64,000 nt of DNA from an uncultured Gemmatimonadales bacterium (lineage in GTDB: Bacteria; Gemmatimonadota; Gemmatimonadetes; Gemmatimonadales; GWC2-71-9), in the NCBI GenBank assembly GCA_963730185.1, contig CAVSQW010000003.1, positions 20,755-84,754 of the forward strand. The letters run 5' to 3'. The notes beneath the pieces were generated by a model. The model saw nothing but the letters and a program-made list of their open reading frames with translations, searched no databases and was not told the origin of the DNA. Position numbers and translations under genes: made by a program. This document shows positions 1-10,640 of this stretch, piece by piece; the stretch's first letter is position 1; the number at the start of each line of letters is the position of its first letter.

Positions 1-998
1 GCAATGAGTTCCTGGTGGGTCTGTCGGTGATCGCCGCGTTCGCGCTGGTGATCTTCGGCGCCATCTGGCTCAGTGAGGTCAGCTTCAGCGGCTCCGACGT
101 GATCAAGTCCGCCCGGTTCCGAGAGATCGGCGGACTCAACGTCGGTGCCCCGGTCACCGTGCGCGGCGTCCGGGTCGGGCGGATCGACGCCATCCGGCTG
201 GCCGAGGGCGGCTGGGTGGAGTGCGACCTCAGGATCAAGGTGGACGCGGACCTCCCCGCCCGCCCGGTGGCGATCGCCGCGTCGCAGAGCCTCTTCGGCG
301 AGTGGCAGGTCACCGTCCTCGATCTCAAAGACACCCCGACCGACCCGACCCTGCGGGCCCAGCTGGCCGATGCCGCCCAGCCCGGCGGCGACGTCTGGCC
401 GGGCGCCACGCTGCCCGATTTCGGCCAGCTGACGCAGCAGGCCAACCGGATCGCCGGGGACATCAGCACCCTGACCGGCCGGGTGTCCGGCGCCCTCGAC
501 TCGGCCGCGATCGCCGACGTCCGCCGAAGCCTGGGCGACCTGCGGGAGGCGGCCGACCGCCTGGCCGAGTTCGCTCGCCGCCAGACCGGGCCGTTCAACG
601 AGACCGTCAACAACCTCGCCACGACCTCGGCCGAGGTCGGTGCCGCGTCGAAGCGGGTCAACACCCTGCTCGGGCGGGTCGAGGCCGCCACCGACTCCGG
701 GCAGGTCACCGCGATCATGAACTCGGCCCAAGCCACCACGGCCGATCTCCAGGCCGCGTCGTCCGATGCCCGTGAGCTCCTCTCCACCATCCGCCAGCAC
801 CAGGCCACCCTGGTCCGGGTTCTCGAGACCACCGATTCGCTCCTGGTCCGGGTCTACTCCGGGAAGGGCACGCTCGGCCTGATGGCCCGCGACTCGAGCC
901 TCTATCTCGAGACCACCCAGGTCGTCGCCCAGATGCGGCAGCTCCTCGCCGACATCCAGGCGAACCCTCGCCGGTACTTCCGCTTCTCGGTCTTCTGA
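1..998 (+). CDS. mlaD: MlaD/MCE-family periplasmic lipid-transport protein (5' end outside window)
   Basis: Frame open from window start (NEFLVGL...); N-terminal TM helix, MCE motif GLNVGAPVTVRGVRVGRI, helical region, C-terminal GKGTLGLM...DIQANPRRYFRFSVF typical of MlaD-like proteins. Confidence 0.85.
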   Translation, partial: NEFLVGLSVIAAFALVIFGAIWLSEVSFSGSDVIKSARFREIGGLNVGAPVTVRGVRVGRIDAIRLAEGGWVECDLRIKVDADLPARPVAIAASQSLFGEWQVTVLDLKDTPTDPTLRAQLADAAQPGGDVWPGATLPDFGQLTQQANRIAGDISTLTGRVSGALDSAAIADVRRSLGDLREAADRLAEFARRQTGPFNETVNNLATTSAEVGAASKRVNTLLGRVEAATDSGQVTAIMNSAQATTADLQAASSDARELLSTIRQHQATLVRVLETTDSLLVRVYSGKGTLGLMARDSSLYLETTQVVAQMRQLLADIQANPRRYFRFSVF

Positions 999-1005
999 GC
1001 TCGGC

Positions 1006-1482
1006 ATGGGCGGCGGCAAGTCCTCGGGAACCCGCGGCGGCAAGCCCCAGCGGGCCAAGAAGGAAGTGAGCGCTGGGGGGGTGGTGTTCCGCCGGACCCC
1101 AGACGGCGCGATCCACTTTCTCCTGATCCGCGACAGCTACGGCCATTGGGGCTTCCCCAAGGGCCACGTCGAATCGGGCGAGTCGGCCGAGCAGGCCGCG
1201 GCCCGCGAAACGGAGGAGGAGACGGGGCTCGGCTCCCTCCGCCTCCATGCCCCGATCGCGGTGATCGACTGGTACTTTCGCCTTCGGGGCCGGCTGATCC
1301 ACAAGTTCTGCCATTTCTTCCTCTTCGAGTCGGCCAACGGCGAACCGGTGCCGCAGCTCGACGAGGGCATCACCGAGTGTCGTTGGTGCCCGTTCGGCGA
1401 GGCGGTCGCCGAGGTCGATTACGCCAACGCCCGTGAGGTGCTCCGTCGGGCCGGCGACATCACCCGCACGCTCCCCGCCTGA
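1006..1482 (+). CDS. Nudix hydrolase (Ap4A hydrolase-like)
   Basis: Nudix box WGFPKGHVESGESAEQAAARETEEETGL; N-terminal SAGGVVF. Confidence 0.9.
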   Translation: MGGGKSSGTRGGKPQRAKKEVSAGGVVFRRTPDGAIHFLLIRDSYGHWGFPKGHVESGESAEQAAARETEEETGLGSLRLHAPIAVIDWYFRLRGRLIHKFCHFFLFESANGEPVPQLDEGITECRWCPFGEAVAEVDYANAREVLRRAGDITRTLPA

Positions 1483-1484
1483 TC

Positions 1485-2258
1485 ATGGGCGCGGTCGCGA
1501 CCCTGCTCGACAGCCGGGCGGCTGGGGCGACGCTCCGCCGCGGGCTGGCGGGGGCCCGGGTGTCGACCCTCACCTGCCGGGCCGGGCGACAGCTGGCCCG
1601 AACGGTCGAGAACCGGCTGGTCGACTGCGTCGTCCTCGGTCCCCGGGCGCTCCGGGGCAAGGAGATCGGCGAGCTCCGGAGCCGGTTCCCCCGGATCCCG
1701 CTGGTCGTCTTCGGCCCGATTCGGACTAGCGACTACGGGTCGCTCCGGGACTGGTATCGAGGGCTCGGGGCGGAGACGGTTCTGGTAGAGGGGGTCGACG
1801 ATCCGATCGCGGGCGAGATGGTGCTGCGCTCGGGGCTCGCGGCCCGCCGGCGGCGCCTCCTCGCGGGCGCGCCTGGTCGCCTCCGGCTCACCGAGCCGCT
1901 CCAGCGGAGCACCTGGGACCTGCTGACGGCCACGGTGGCGCCGCCGCCCTCGACCGCCGTCCTGGCCCGGCGCCTCGGGGTGAGCCGCGAGCACCTCTCC
2001 CGGCAGTTTGGTGCGGGAGGTGCTCCCAACCTCAAACGTGTCATAGACTTGCTACAGGTCGTGGTGGCCCGGGAGCTCCTGGCCAACCCCGGCTGCTCGA
2101 CCCTCCAGGCCGGCCGGCTCCTGGGTTACTCCTCCCTCGCCCGATTCCGGGCGGTGGTGCGCCGGGTGGCGGATTCGCGTCCCGCCGACCTCCCGGGAAT
2201 GGCAGTGCCGGACCTGGTTCGCCGATTCGTTCGGGGACGGATGCGAAGTCGTTCTTGA
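1485..2258 (+). CDS. AraC-family HTH transcriptional regulator
   Basis: C-terminal double HTH (LARRLGVSREHLSRQF ... LLGYSSLARF); degenerate receiver-like N-terminus. Confidence 0.7.
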   Translation: MGAVATLLDSRAAGATLRRGLAGARVSTLTCRAGRQLARTVENRLVDCVVLGPRALRGKEIGELRSRFPRIPLVVFGPIRTSDYGSLRDWYRGLGAETVLVEGVDDPIAGEMVLRSGLAARRRRLLAGAPGRLRLTEPLQRSTWDLLTATVAPPPSTAVLARRLGVSREHLSRQFGAGGAPNLKRVIDLLQVVVARELLANPGCSTLQAGRLLGYSSLARFRAVVRRVADSRPADLPGMAVPDLVRRFVRGRMRSRS

Positions 2259-2271
2259 GGCCCGGGCTCCC

Positions 2272-2306
2272 TTGTTTGGGGAGGGCCTTTGTGATAAAAT
2301 TCACAA
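2272..2306 (+). promoter_or_regulatory. sigma70 promoter of atpAGDC with overlapping palindromic operator (Rex/CRP-like)
   Basis: TTGTTT(2272-2277)-N17-TAAAAT(2295-2300) with extended -10 TG; palindrome TTGTGA-TAAAAT-TCACAA at 2289-2306. Confidence 0.7.
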
Positions 2307-2363
2307 GCTTGGGACGCACCCTGCGTCCGGCTATCCGACCACCACATTCACGTTTCCGAGCCC

Positions 2364-3941
2364 ATGGCGACTGATTCCGCACTGCGTCCCGGCGAGATCA
2401 AGGACATCCTGCTCAAGGAAATCGCGGCCGCCGACTTGTCGGCGGTGGACACGGCCGAAGTCGGCACCACGCTGGAGGTGCGCGACGGCGTGGCTCGGGT
2501 GTACGGGCTCCAGTCGGCGGTGGCGGGCGAGATGCTCGAGTTCACCGTGGCGGATACGGGTGAGACGATCACCGGCCTGGTGCTGAACCTCGAGCAGGAC
2601 AACGTGGGCGCCGTGATTCTGGGCGACTACCTCAAGCTCAAGGAAGGCGACGAGGTCCGTTGCACCGGCCGGCTTCTCGAAGTCCCGGTGGGCGAGGCGA
2701 TGCTGGGCCGGGTGGTGGACGCGCTGGGCCGGCCGGTGGACGGTCTCGGGGCGATCAAGACCTCCGCGGCGCGGCCGGTGGAGATGATCGCCCCGGGCAT
2801 CATCGTGCGGCAGCCGGTGAAGGAGCCGCTCCAGACGGGGCTCAAGGCGATCGACTCGATGATCCCGATCGGGCGGGGGCAGCGGGAGCTGATCATCGGC
2901 GACCGCGGCACCGGGAAGACGGCGATCGCGGTCGACACGATCATCAATCAGAAGGGCCAGGGCGTCGTCTGCGTGTACGTCGCGATCGGGCAGAAGCGCT
3001 CGACCGTGGCGATGGTGGTGGAGCGGCTGAAGGCGCAGGGCGCGATGGACTACACCATCGTGGTGGTGGCCTCGGCGTCGGATCCGGCGCCGCTCCAGTA
3101 CATCGCGCCGTACTCGGGGTGCGCGCTGGCCGAGCACTTCATGTACGAGAAAGGGCAGGCGACGCTCTGCGTCTACGACGACCTGTCCAAGCAGGCGGCG
3201 GCGTACCGTCAGCTCTCGCTGATTCTCCGGCGTCCGCCGGGTCGGGAAGCCTACCCCGGTGACGTGTTCTATCTCCACAGCCGGCTCCTCGAGCGGGCGG
3301 CGAAGCTCTCGGAGGACGCGAACGTGGTGAAGCTCGACCCCCGGATCAAGAAGCCGGGCGGGTCGCTGACCGCACTCCCGATCATCGAGACCCAGGCCGG
3401 TGACGTCTCGGCCTACATCCCGACCAACGTGATCTCGATCACGGACGGCCAGATCTACCTGACGACCGATCTCTTCTTCTCCAATGTCCGCCCGGCGGTC
3501 GACGCGGGGATCTCGGTGAGCCGGGTGGGTGGCAACGCCCAGATCAAGGCGATGAAGCAGGTGGCCGCGCCGCTCCGGCTGGCGTTGGCCCAGTTCCGGG
3601 AGCTGGAGGCGTTCGCGCAGTTCGGCTCGGACCTCGACGCGGCGACCCAGCGGCAGCTGGCGCGGGGCGGCCGGCTGGTCGAGGTGTTCAAGCAGCCGCA
3701 GTACCAGCCGATGCCGGTGGAGCGCCAGGTCGCGATCATCTACGCGGTGACCAACGGTCATCTGGACGACGTGGAGGTCGGTCAGATTCGTCAGTGGGAG
3801 CGTGATTTCCTGGCGTACCTGGAGGCCCAGCACCCGGAGATCTTCGAGACGATCCGGGTCAAGAAGGTTCTGAGCGACGATCTCAAGGGCCAGCTGGACC
3901 GGGCGATCAAGGCCTTCAAGCCGCTCTTCCGGCCCGAGTAA
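2364..3941 (+). CDS. atpA: F1 ATP synthase subunit alpha
   Basis: [48 protein letters not shown]. Confidence 0.99.
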   Translation: MATDSALRPGEIKDILLKEIAAADLSAVDTAEVGTTLEVRDGVARVYGLQSAVAGEMLEFTVADTGETITGLVLNLEQDNVGAVILGDYLKLKEGDEVRCTGRLLEVPVGEAMLGRVVDALGRPVDGLGAIKTSAARPVEMIAPGIIVRQPVKEPLQTGLKAIDSMIPIGRGQRELIIGDRGTGKTAIAVDTIINQKGQGVVCVYVAIGQKRSTVAMVVERLKAQGAMDYTIVVVASASDPAPLQYIAPYSGCALAEHFMYEKGQATLCVYDDLSKQAAAYRQLSLILRRPPGREAYPGDVFYLHSRLLERAAKLSEDANVVKLDPRIKKPGGSLTALPIIETQAGDVSAYIPTNVISITDGQIYLTTDLFFSNVRPAVDAGISVSRVGGNAQIKAMKQVAAPLRLALAQFRELEAFAQFGSDLDAATQRQLARGGRLVEVFKQPQYQPMPVERQVAIIYAVTNGHLDDVEVGQIRQWERDFLAYLEAQHPEIFETIRVKKVLSDDLKGQLDRAIKAFKPLFRPE

Positions 3942-3942
3942 C

Positions 3943-4821
3943 ATGGCCAAGGGTCGCGAGCTCAAGGGCCGGATGCGGGCGGTCGAGAACACCCGCAAGA
4001 TCACCCGCACGATGGAGCTGGTGGCCACGTCCAAGCTCAAGCGGGCGCAGGATCGCGTGGTGGCCGCCCGGCCCTACGCGGAGGCGTTGCGCGACGTGCT
4101 GGCCGACTTGATCAACCCGGACCTGGCCGCGCAGTTCCCCATGCTCCGGCACCCGGCGCCGCCCTCCAAGGGCGGGCCGGCCCGGGCGGCGGTGGTGCTG
4201 ATGACCGCCAACGGCGGGCTCTGCGGCGCGTTCAACAGCAATCTGATCAAGGAAGCCCGCCGCACGCTCGAGGCGCTCGAGGGAGCGGGCTATGCGGTCG
4301 ACCTCCACTGCGTCGGGAAGCGGGGCGCGGGGTTCTTCCGCTATCTGGGCCGTCCGCTGGCGGCGGTCCGGACCGATCTCTTCGACCGGGTCACGGCCGA
4401 CGACGCGGCCGGGCTGGTGGCCGACCTGATCGCCCAGTACGAGGCGGGCAAGCTGGCGAGCGTGGATTTGATCCACGCCCGTTTCAAGAGCGCCATCTCG
4501 GCCCTGCCCACGGTCACCCGGATCCTTCCGGTCGACGCGCCCTCGGGCACGACCGGCCGGCCGGACTACATCCTGGCGCCCAATGCCGAAGCCATCCTCG
4601 AGCAGCTGCTGCCGCTCTACGTCCGGAACACGGTGTACCGCGGGCTGGTCGAGACCGTGGCCGGGTTCTACGGGGCGCAGCGGACGGCCATGAAGAACGC
4701 GACCGACAACGCCGGCGAGCTGATGGACGCGCTCCGCCGGACCTACAACCGCACCCGCCAGGCCCAGATCACCCAGGAGATCGCGGAGATCGTGGGTGGC
4801 GCGGCGGCGTTGCAGGGATAG
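3943..4821 (+). CDS. atpG: F1 ATP synthase subunit gamma
   Basis: TRKITRTMELVA, GLCGAFN, AMKNATDNA, RQAQITQEIAEIVGGA. Confidence 0.99.
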   Translation: MAKGRELKGRMRAVENTRKITRTMELVATSKLKRAQDRVVAARPYAEALRDVLADLINPDLAAQFPMLRHPAPPSKGGPARAAVVLMTANGGLCGAFNSNLIKEARRTLEALEGAGYAVDLHCVGKRGAGFFRYLGRPLAAVRTDLFDRVTADDAAGLVADLIAQYEAGKLASVDLIHARFKSAISALPTVTRILPVDAPSGTTGRPDYILAPNAEAILEQLLPLYVRNTVYRGLVETVAGFYGAQRTAMKNATDNAGELMDALRRTYNRTRQAQITQEIAEIVGGAAALQG

Positions 4822-6566
<1,745 letters not shown>

Positions 6567-6599
6567 CGGTCGGCGTACTCCAACCCCGAGGAGTTGCCT

Positions 6600-7211
6600 G
6601 TGCAGCGTCGAGCTCTTGCCCTTGTCGTTTTCGCCGTCCTTCTCGTCCTTCTCGCCGTTCCCGTCTCCGCCCAGACCACCACGACCCCCGTTTTCCTCGC
6701 CCCGTACCGGGCGTTCGACCGGACCGAGTTCGGGGTGTCGCTGTCGGATCCTGGCGCCGGCTACGCCCTCGAGGGGTTCTACCGGTTCGCGAGCGGCAGC
6801 CGCTACGATTTCGGGTTCAGGGGCGGGTTCCAGAACTACCGCTCGGGCGACACCCGCTTCCTTGCCGGGGTGGACTTCCGGACCCGAGTGATCGACCATT
6901 CGGAGCAGTTTCCGCTGGACGGGGCCTTCACCGCCGGGATCGGCGGGTCCTTCGGCAATGGCCGGAGCGTCGGGACGATCCCGATCGGCGTCTCCTTCGG
7001 CCGGCGGATCCAGCTGGAGGATTCGAACGTCGAGTTCGTCCCGTATTTCCACCCGGTGCTGGGCCCCGAGTTCGGTGACGTGCAGGGCCGGTTGGTGTTC
7101 AGTCTCGGTCTCGGCACCGACATCCGGTTCAGCCGTCGCTTCGAGCTCCGGGTGAGTGGGGCGCTCGGCGACTATTCCGGCATCGGCATCAGCGCCGCCT
7201 TCGAGCGCTGA
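6600..7211 (+). CDS. Putative outer-membrane beta-barrel protein
   Basis: GAGGAG RBS 6588-6593 before GTG 6600; signal peptide (..VPVSA|Q), alternating amphipathic Gly/aromatic strands, C-terminal ..ISAAFER. Confidence 0.65.
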   Translation: MQRRALALVVFAVLLVLLAVPVSAQTTTTPVFLAPYRAFDRTEFGVSLSDPGAGYALEGFYRFASGSRYDFGFRGGFQNYRSGDTRFLAGVDFRTRVIDHSEQFPLDGAFTAGIGGSFGNGRSVGTIPIGVSFGRRIQLEDSNVEFVPYFHPVLGPEFGDVQGRLVFSLGLGTDIRFSRRFELRVSGALGDYSGIGISAAFER

Positions 7212-7246
7212 GCCGGCTGCCCCTATCACTTCGAGGAGCGCGACCC

Positions 7247-7966
7247 ATGCGACGGCTCCGAGCGCTCTTTGCGGCAGGCCTGATGGCGGGCGTCTCGACG
7301 CCCGCCATGGGCCAGGCCATCGGGATGCCGGTGACCGTGCCCGGGGTCCCGAGCGGGGTCACGTTCCACGGGGGTGCCGGGCTCTCGAACGCCGATGCCG
7401 GGAAGGGCCAGGCGGCCCAGGTGGGCGTTTCCCTGGGCGGTCGCCGACTCGCCGTCACGGGCTACGTAGGCCGCCGGTTCGGGCAGGAGAGCGGACCGGA
7501 CTTCACCAGCGCCGGCGTCTCCCTCACCAACAAGATCTTCGGCGGCCCGCTGGTCCCCTTCGCCGTGAACCTGCAGGTCGGGGCCGCGTACGGCGCACCT
7601 TCGGCTTCGGGCGTCATCTACGAGGTCGGCTGGGCGGGTGGCGACGTGCCGGCGGCCGACTTCTCGGTCGCGGCGGGTGGCTATGGCTCCGGGACCAAGG
7701 TGTGGCACGTCCCGGTGGCGGTGGGGGTCTCCTGGGTCTTTCCGCAGCCGGTGGTCGCGCTCAAGCCGTGGATCGCGCCCCGCCTCGATGTCGTCCGCGT
7801 GTCGGCGGGCGGGACCGGGACGACCGACGCCAACTTTGGCCTGTCGGGCGGCCTCTCCTTCGGGTTCCTGAACGGTCTCGGCATCGACCTGACCTACGAC
7901 CGCGTGTTCGCCGCCGGCGCCTCCCCGGCGATCCTGGGCCTCGGGCTGAGCTTCACGCTCAAGTGA
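7247..7966 (+). CDS. Putative outer-membrane beta-barrel protein
   Basis: GAGGAG RBS; signal peptide; beta-strand pattern; C-terminal LGLGLSFTLK; paralogous to the next gene. Confidence 0.65.
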   Translation: MRRLRALFAAGLMAGVSTPAMGQAIGMPVTVPGVPSGVTFHGGAGLSNADAGKGQAAQVGVSLGGRRLAVTGYVGRRFGQESGPDFTSAGVSLTNKIFGGPLVPFAVNLQVGAAYGAPSASGVIYEVGWAGGDVPAADFSVAAGGYGSGTKVWHVPVAVGVSWVFPQPVVALKPWIAPRLDVVRVSAGGTGTTDANFGLSGGLSFGFLNGLGIDLTYDRVFAAGASPAILGLGLSFTLK

Positions 7967-8634
7967 CGAACCGACTGCTCCGGGCGTCGCTCGCCCTCGT
8001 CCTGGGCGGGGTGGGAGCGGCCGGGGCGCTCCAGGCGCAGGCCACGGTGCTCCCGCTCCGAAACGCCGGCATCTCCACGGGCATCTCTCTCTCAGGGGAG
8101 TTGGGGTTCGCGCGTGTCAAGCATCCGACGCCCGCGCCGGACGACAAGGGATGGGCCGTCGGCGCCACGCTGGCCGCGGGGCTCGGTCCCTTCGGGGCGA
8201 CGGCCACGCTGGCTCGCTCGAGCATCGATCGTGGGGCCGGCGCCACCCATCAGACGACCGCGACCGGCACGGCCGCCCTCCGGGTGTTCGGAGGCCCGCT
8301 GGTGCCGCTCTCGATTCAGTGGCAGGCGGCCGGGTCGGTTCGGCTGGACGGGAGCGGGTCCAAGCCCTGGCGCGGGTCGGTCGGACTCGGGGCGGCGTTG
8401 ACCATCCCGATCCCGGTCCTTTCGATCAAGCCGTGGATCGCTCCCCGGGCCGAGTATTACGGGGGACAGTCGATCGCGGGGTCGTCCCTCAAGGCGGCGG
8501 TGAGCGCCGGCGTGGATCTGGGTTTCCTCAATGGGTTGGGCCTCCGGGTGGCGTATGATTCCCGGGTCGGGTGGGACCTGCCCGACGATGGGCCGGCGGG
8601 GGTGAGCGTCGGCGTGAGCTACGGTTTTCGATGA
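7963..8634 (+). CDS. Putative outer-membrane beta-barrel protein (paralog of 7247-7966)
   Basis: GTG overlapping upstream TGA; signal peptide; shares FGGPLVP, KPWIAPR and GFLNGLG motifs; ends VSYGFR. Confidence 0.65.
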   Translation: MTNRLLRASLALVLGGVGAAGALQAQATVLPLRNAGISTGISLSGELGFARVKHPTPAPDDKGWAVGATLAAGLGPFGATATLARSSIDRGAGATHQTTATGTAALRVFGGPLVPLSIQWQAAGSVRLDGSGSKPWRGSVGLGAALTIPIPVLSIKPWIAPRAEYYGGQSIAGSSLKAAVSAGVDLGFLNGLGLRVAYDSRVGWDLPDDGPAGVSVGVSYGFR

Positions 8635-8660
8635 CGGATGACGCACGGGGAGAGCATATC

Positions 8661-9020
8661 GTGAGACGGACCGGAACCGCGGTGCTGTTGGCCTCCGTCC
8701 TGCTGGGCGGCTGCGCACAAACCTTCGATGCGACCGCTCTCGGCGTCCCGGCGACGATGGCGTCGGAGGCGGGCGAGACGCCGGCGGGGCAGCCGTTCCA
8801 CGTCACCACCCACACGGTCCACGCGCTGTTCGGCCTGATCCCCCTCAAGAAGGCGTCGCTCAAGAAGGCGCTGGCCGCCGAGCTGGTGGGCGGTACGGCG
8901 GTGGCCCAGGTCAGGATCAAGACCAAGAGCCGGTTGCTCGATCTCCTGGTGACCGGGCTCACCCTGGGGCTCGTGGCTCCCAAGACGGTCATCTACGAAG
9001 GGATCATCGTCGGCCGTTAG
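8661..9020 (+). CDS. Bor/Iss-like small lipoprotein
   Basis: Lipobox LLGGC; ALFGLIP and LLVTGLTLGLVAPKTV resemble the Bor family; alternative ATG at 8631. Confidence 0.55.
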   Translation: MRRTGTAVLLASVLLGGCAQTFDATALGVPATMASEAGETPAGQPFHVTTHTVHALFGLIPLKKASLKKALAAELVGGTAVAQVRIKTKSRLLDLLVTGLTLGLVAPKTVIYEGIIVGR

Positions 9021-10309
9021 GCACCCATCAGGAGCCTCACCAGACCGGCATTCCGCGCCGCCGCTCCACGCCCTGCCTCCACCACGCTCCGCGCCGCCCG
9101 GCCAGCCTCGAGCCGCTCGGCGTCGTCGTTGAGCCATTCGCTCCACCGGACGGTCAGGTCGTCGACGGGGCCGAGCGCCGGCAGCGCGACGGCGCCGCCC
9201 GCCATCAACAGGAGCCCCGCCTCCCTGCTCGACTGCCAGCGCGGCCCCATGATGGTGGGCACCCCCGAGGCCGCGGGCTCGAGCACGGAGTGAAGGCCGG
9301 CCCGGCCGAACCCGCCTCCGACGTAGGCCAGCGTGGCCGCGCGGTAGAGGGTGGCCAGGACGCCCACCCGGTCCACGACCATGACCGGGGCCGGCTGGTC
9401 CGGGCTCTCGCTGAGGCGGATCGGGCGGGGAACCCCGAGGCTGGCGGCCCGCCGATCGAGCCCGGCGAGGTGGGACGGCGTGGGCTCGTGGGGCACGACG
9501 ATCAGGCGCGCCCCGGGGTGATCTCGCCGGACCTCCTGAAAGGCCCCCAGCAGGACCGCTTCGTCCCGCGGCCAGGTGGACCCCGCCACCAGAGTTGCCC
9601 CACCCGCGCCGAGCCGGAGCAACGGTTCGTCGGCCGGCCCGGCCCGGGCCCGGTCCAGGGCACTGTCGAAGCGGGGGTCGCCGGTGACCGTGATCCGGGC
9701 CGGGTCGGCGCCCAGCCGGGCCAGCCGCTCGGCGTCCTCGGCGGCGATGGCGCCGACCCGGTCGAGCGCAGCGTAGCCGGACCGGGTCAGGTCCCGGGCG
9801 GGCCAGCGGAGCCGGCCGCTCACCGGGCTCACCGTGCCGGCCACGAGCCCCACCTTCACCCCCGCGGCCCGGGCGGCGGTGGCGAAGCCGGGCCAGAGGT
9901 CGAGCTTGGTGAACACCAGCGCTCGGGGGGCCAGGGCTGCGAGCAGCGCCCGCGCGGCGCCGGGCGTGTCGTAGGGCAGGTAGTCGGCCGCGTCGGCCGG
10001 GATCCGTCGAGCCAGCGCTTCGGCCGACGGGCTGAAGAAGGTGTAGGCGATCTGCCAGTCGGGGTGCGCGGTCCGGAGAAGCCGGAGCACGGCGTCGGCC
10101 TGGAGCCCCTCGCCCACCGAGGGGGCATGGCACCAGAGCAGGGGGCGGCTCCGATCCCGATGAGCCGTGGCCCAGGCACCCCACCGGGCCGTCGCGCCGC
10201 GCCGAGCGAGGTCACCCCGGCGGAGCTTGGGAGCGAACGGCCGTCCGAGCGGGAGCAGGGCGGAGGCGAGGCCGGTCAGGGCGCGATAGAGGAGCGGCGT
10301 TTCGGGCAC
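9017..10309 (-). CDS. waaA: 3-deoxy-D-manno-octulosonic acid (Kdo) transferase
   Basis: WCHAPSVGEG, YTFFSPS, DYLPYD, VAGSTW, VPHEP, YVGGGF..GLHSVLEPAA. Confidence 0.92.
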   Translation of the reverse strand: MPETPLLYRALTGLASALLPLGRPFAPKLRRGDLARRGATARWGAWATAHRDRSRPLLWCHAPSVGEGLQADAVLRLLRTAHPDWQIAYTFFSPSAEALARRIPADAADYLPYDTPGAARALLAALAPRALVFTKLDLWPGFATAARAAGVKVGLVAGTVSPVSGRLRWPARDLTRSGYAALDRVGAIAAEDAERLARLGADPARITVTGDPRFDSALDRARAGPADEPLLRLGAGGATLVAGSTWPRDEAVLLGAFQEVRRDHPGARLIVVPHEPTPSHLAGLDRRAASLGVPRPIRLSESPDQPAPVMVVDRVGVLATLYRAATLAYVGGGFGRAGLHSVLEPAASGVPTIMGPRWQSSREAGLLLMAGGAVALPALGPVDDLTVRWSEWLNDDAERLEAGRAARSVVEAGRGAAARNAGLVRLLMGA

Positions 10310-10364
10310 GCCCGAATGTCGAAGGGAGCGGGGTCTCGGGCAAGCGGGGTGGGCTGGAGCGGGG

Positions 10365-10394
10365 TTGTTTTTTCGCCGCCGTCTTCCCTACTTT
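10365..10394 (+). promoter_or_regulatory. Putative sigma70 promoter for the small transcript at about 10400
   Basis: TTGTTT(10365-10370)-N18-TACTTT(10389-10394) in an AT-richer patch. Confidence 0.45.
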
Positions 10395-10400
10395 GGAACG

Positions 10401-10612
10401 CCCCTCAGGTGGTTCAGTCGAACCCTGCAAAAAGGAGGTGATCCATTGTCTAGTGTAAGTAGTCGTTCGAGCCTGGACTGGGCAAGCGATCGCCAGGTGA
10501 TCGCGTAAGTTTCCCCCGAGCGTGACGTAGCGCCGGGTCGCATTCCAGGCGTTTCGCTCCAGGCTCGAAGGACACCGGTCGCGCCGTCCGCCCTCGAGGT
10601 GGGCGGCGCGAC
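10401..10612 (+). ncRNA. Candidate structured small RNA with 15-nt complement to the 16S rRNA 3' end
   Basis: AAAGGAGGTGATCCA at 10431-10445; several hairpins, including a 15-bp stem with two G-U pairs at 10578-10612. Confidence 0.45.
10446..10508 (+). CDS. 20-aa small ORF MSSVSSRSSLDWASDRQVIA
   Basis: TTG start directly after the extended Shine-Dalgarno; TAA at 10506-10508 flanks a GCGATCGC/GTGATCGC hairpin. Confidence 0.5.
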   Translation: MSSVSSRSSLDWASDRQVIA

Positions 10613-10640
10613 GCACATCACCCTCCGGATGCGGGTCACG

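Noticed and set aside
10431..10445. 16S rRNA gene remnant on the minus strand
   Set aside because: Only the terminal 15 nt match; the adjacent sequence shows no helix 45/44 (no GTAACC..GGAACCTGCGG)
10401..10612. tmRNA (short ORF ending in a hairpin and a hydrophobic C-terminus)
   Set aside because: No GGGG 5' end or TPsiC/CCA tRNA-like domain is visible, and the ORF has its own Shine-Dalgarno and start codon
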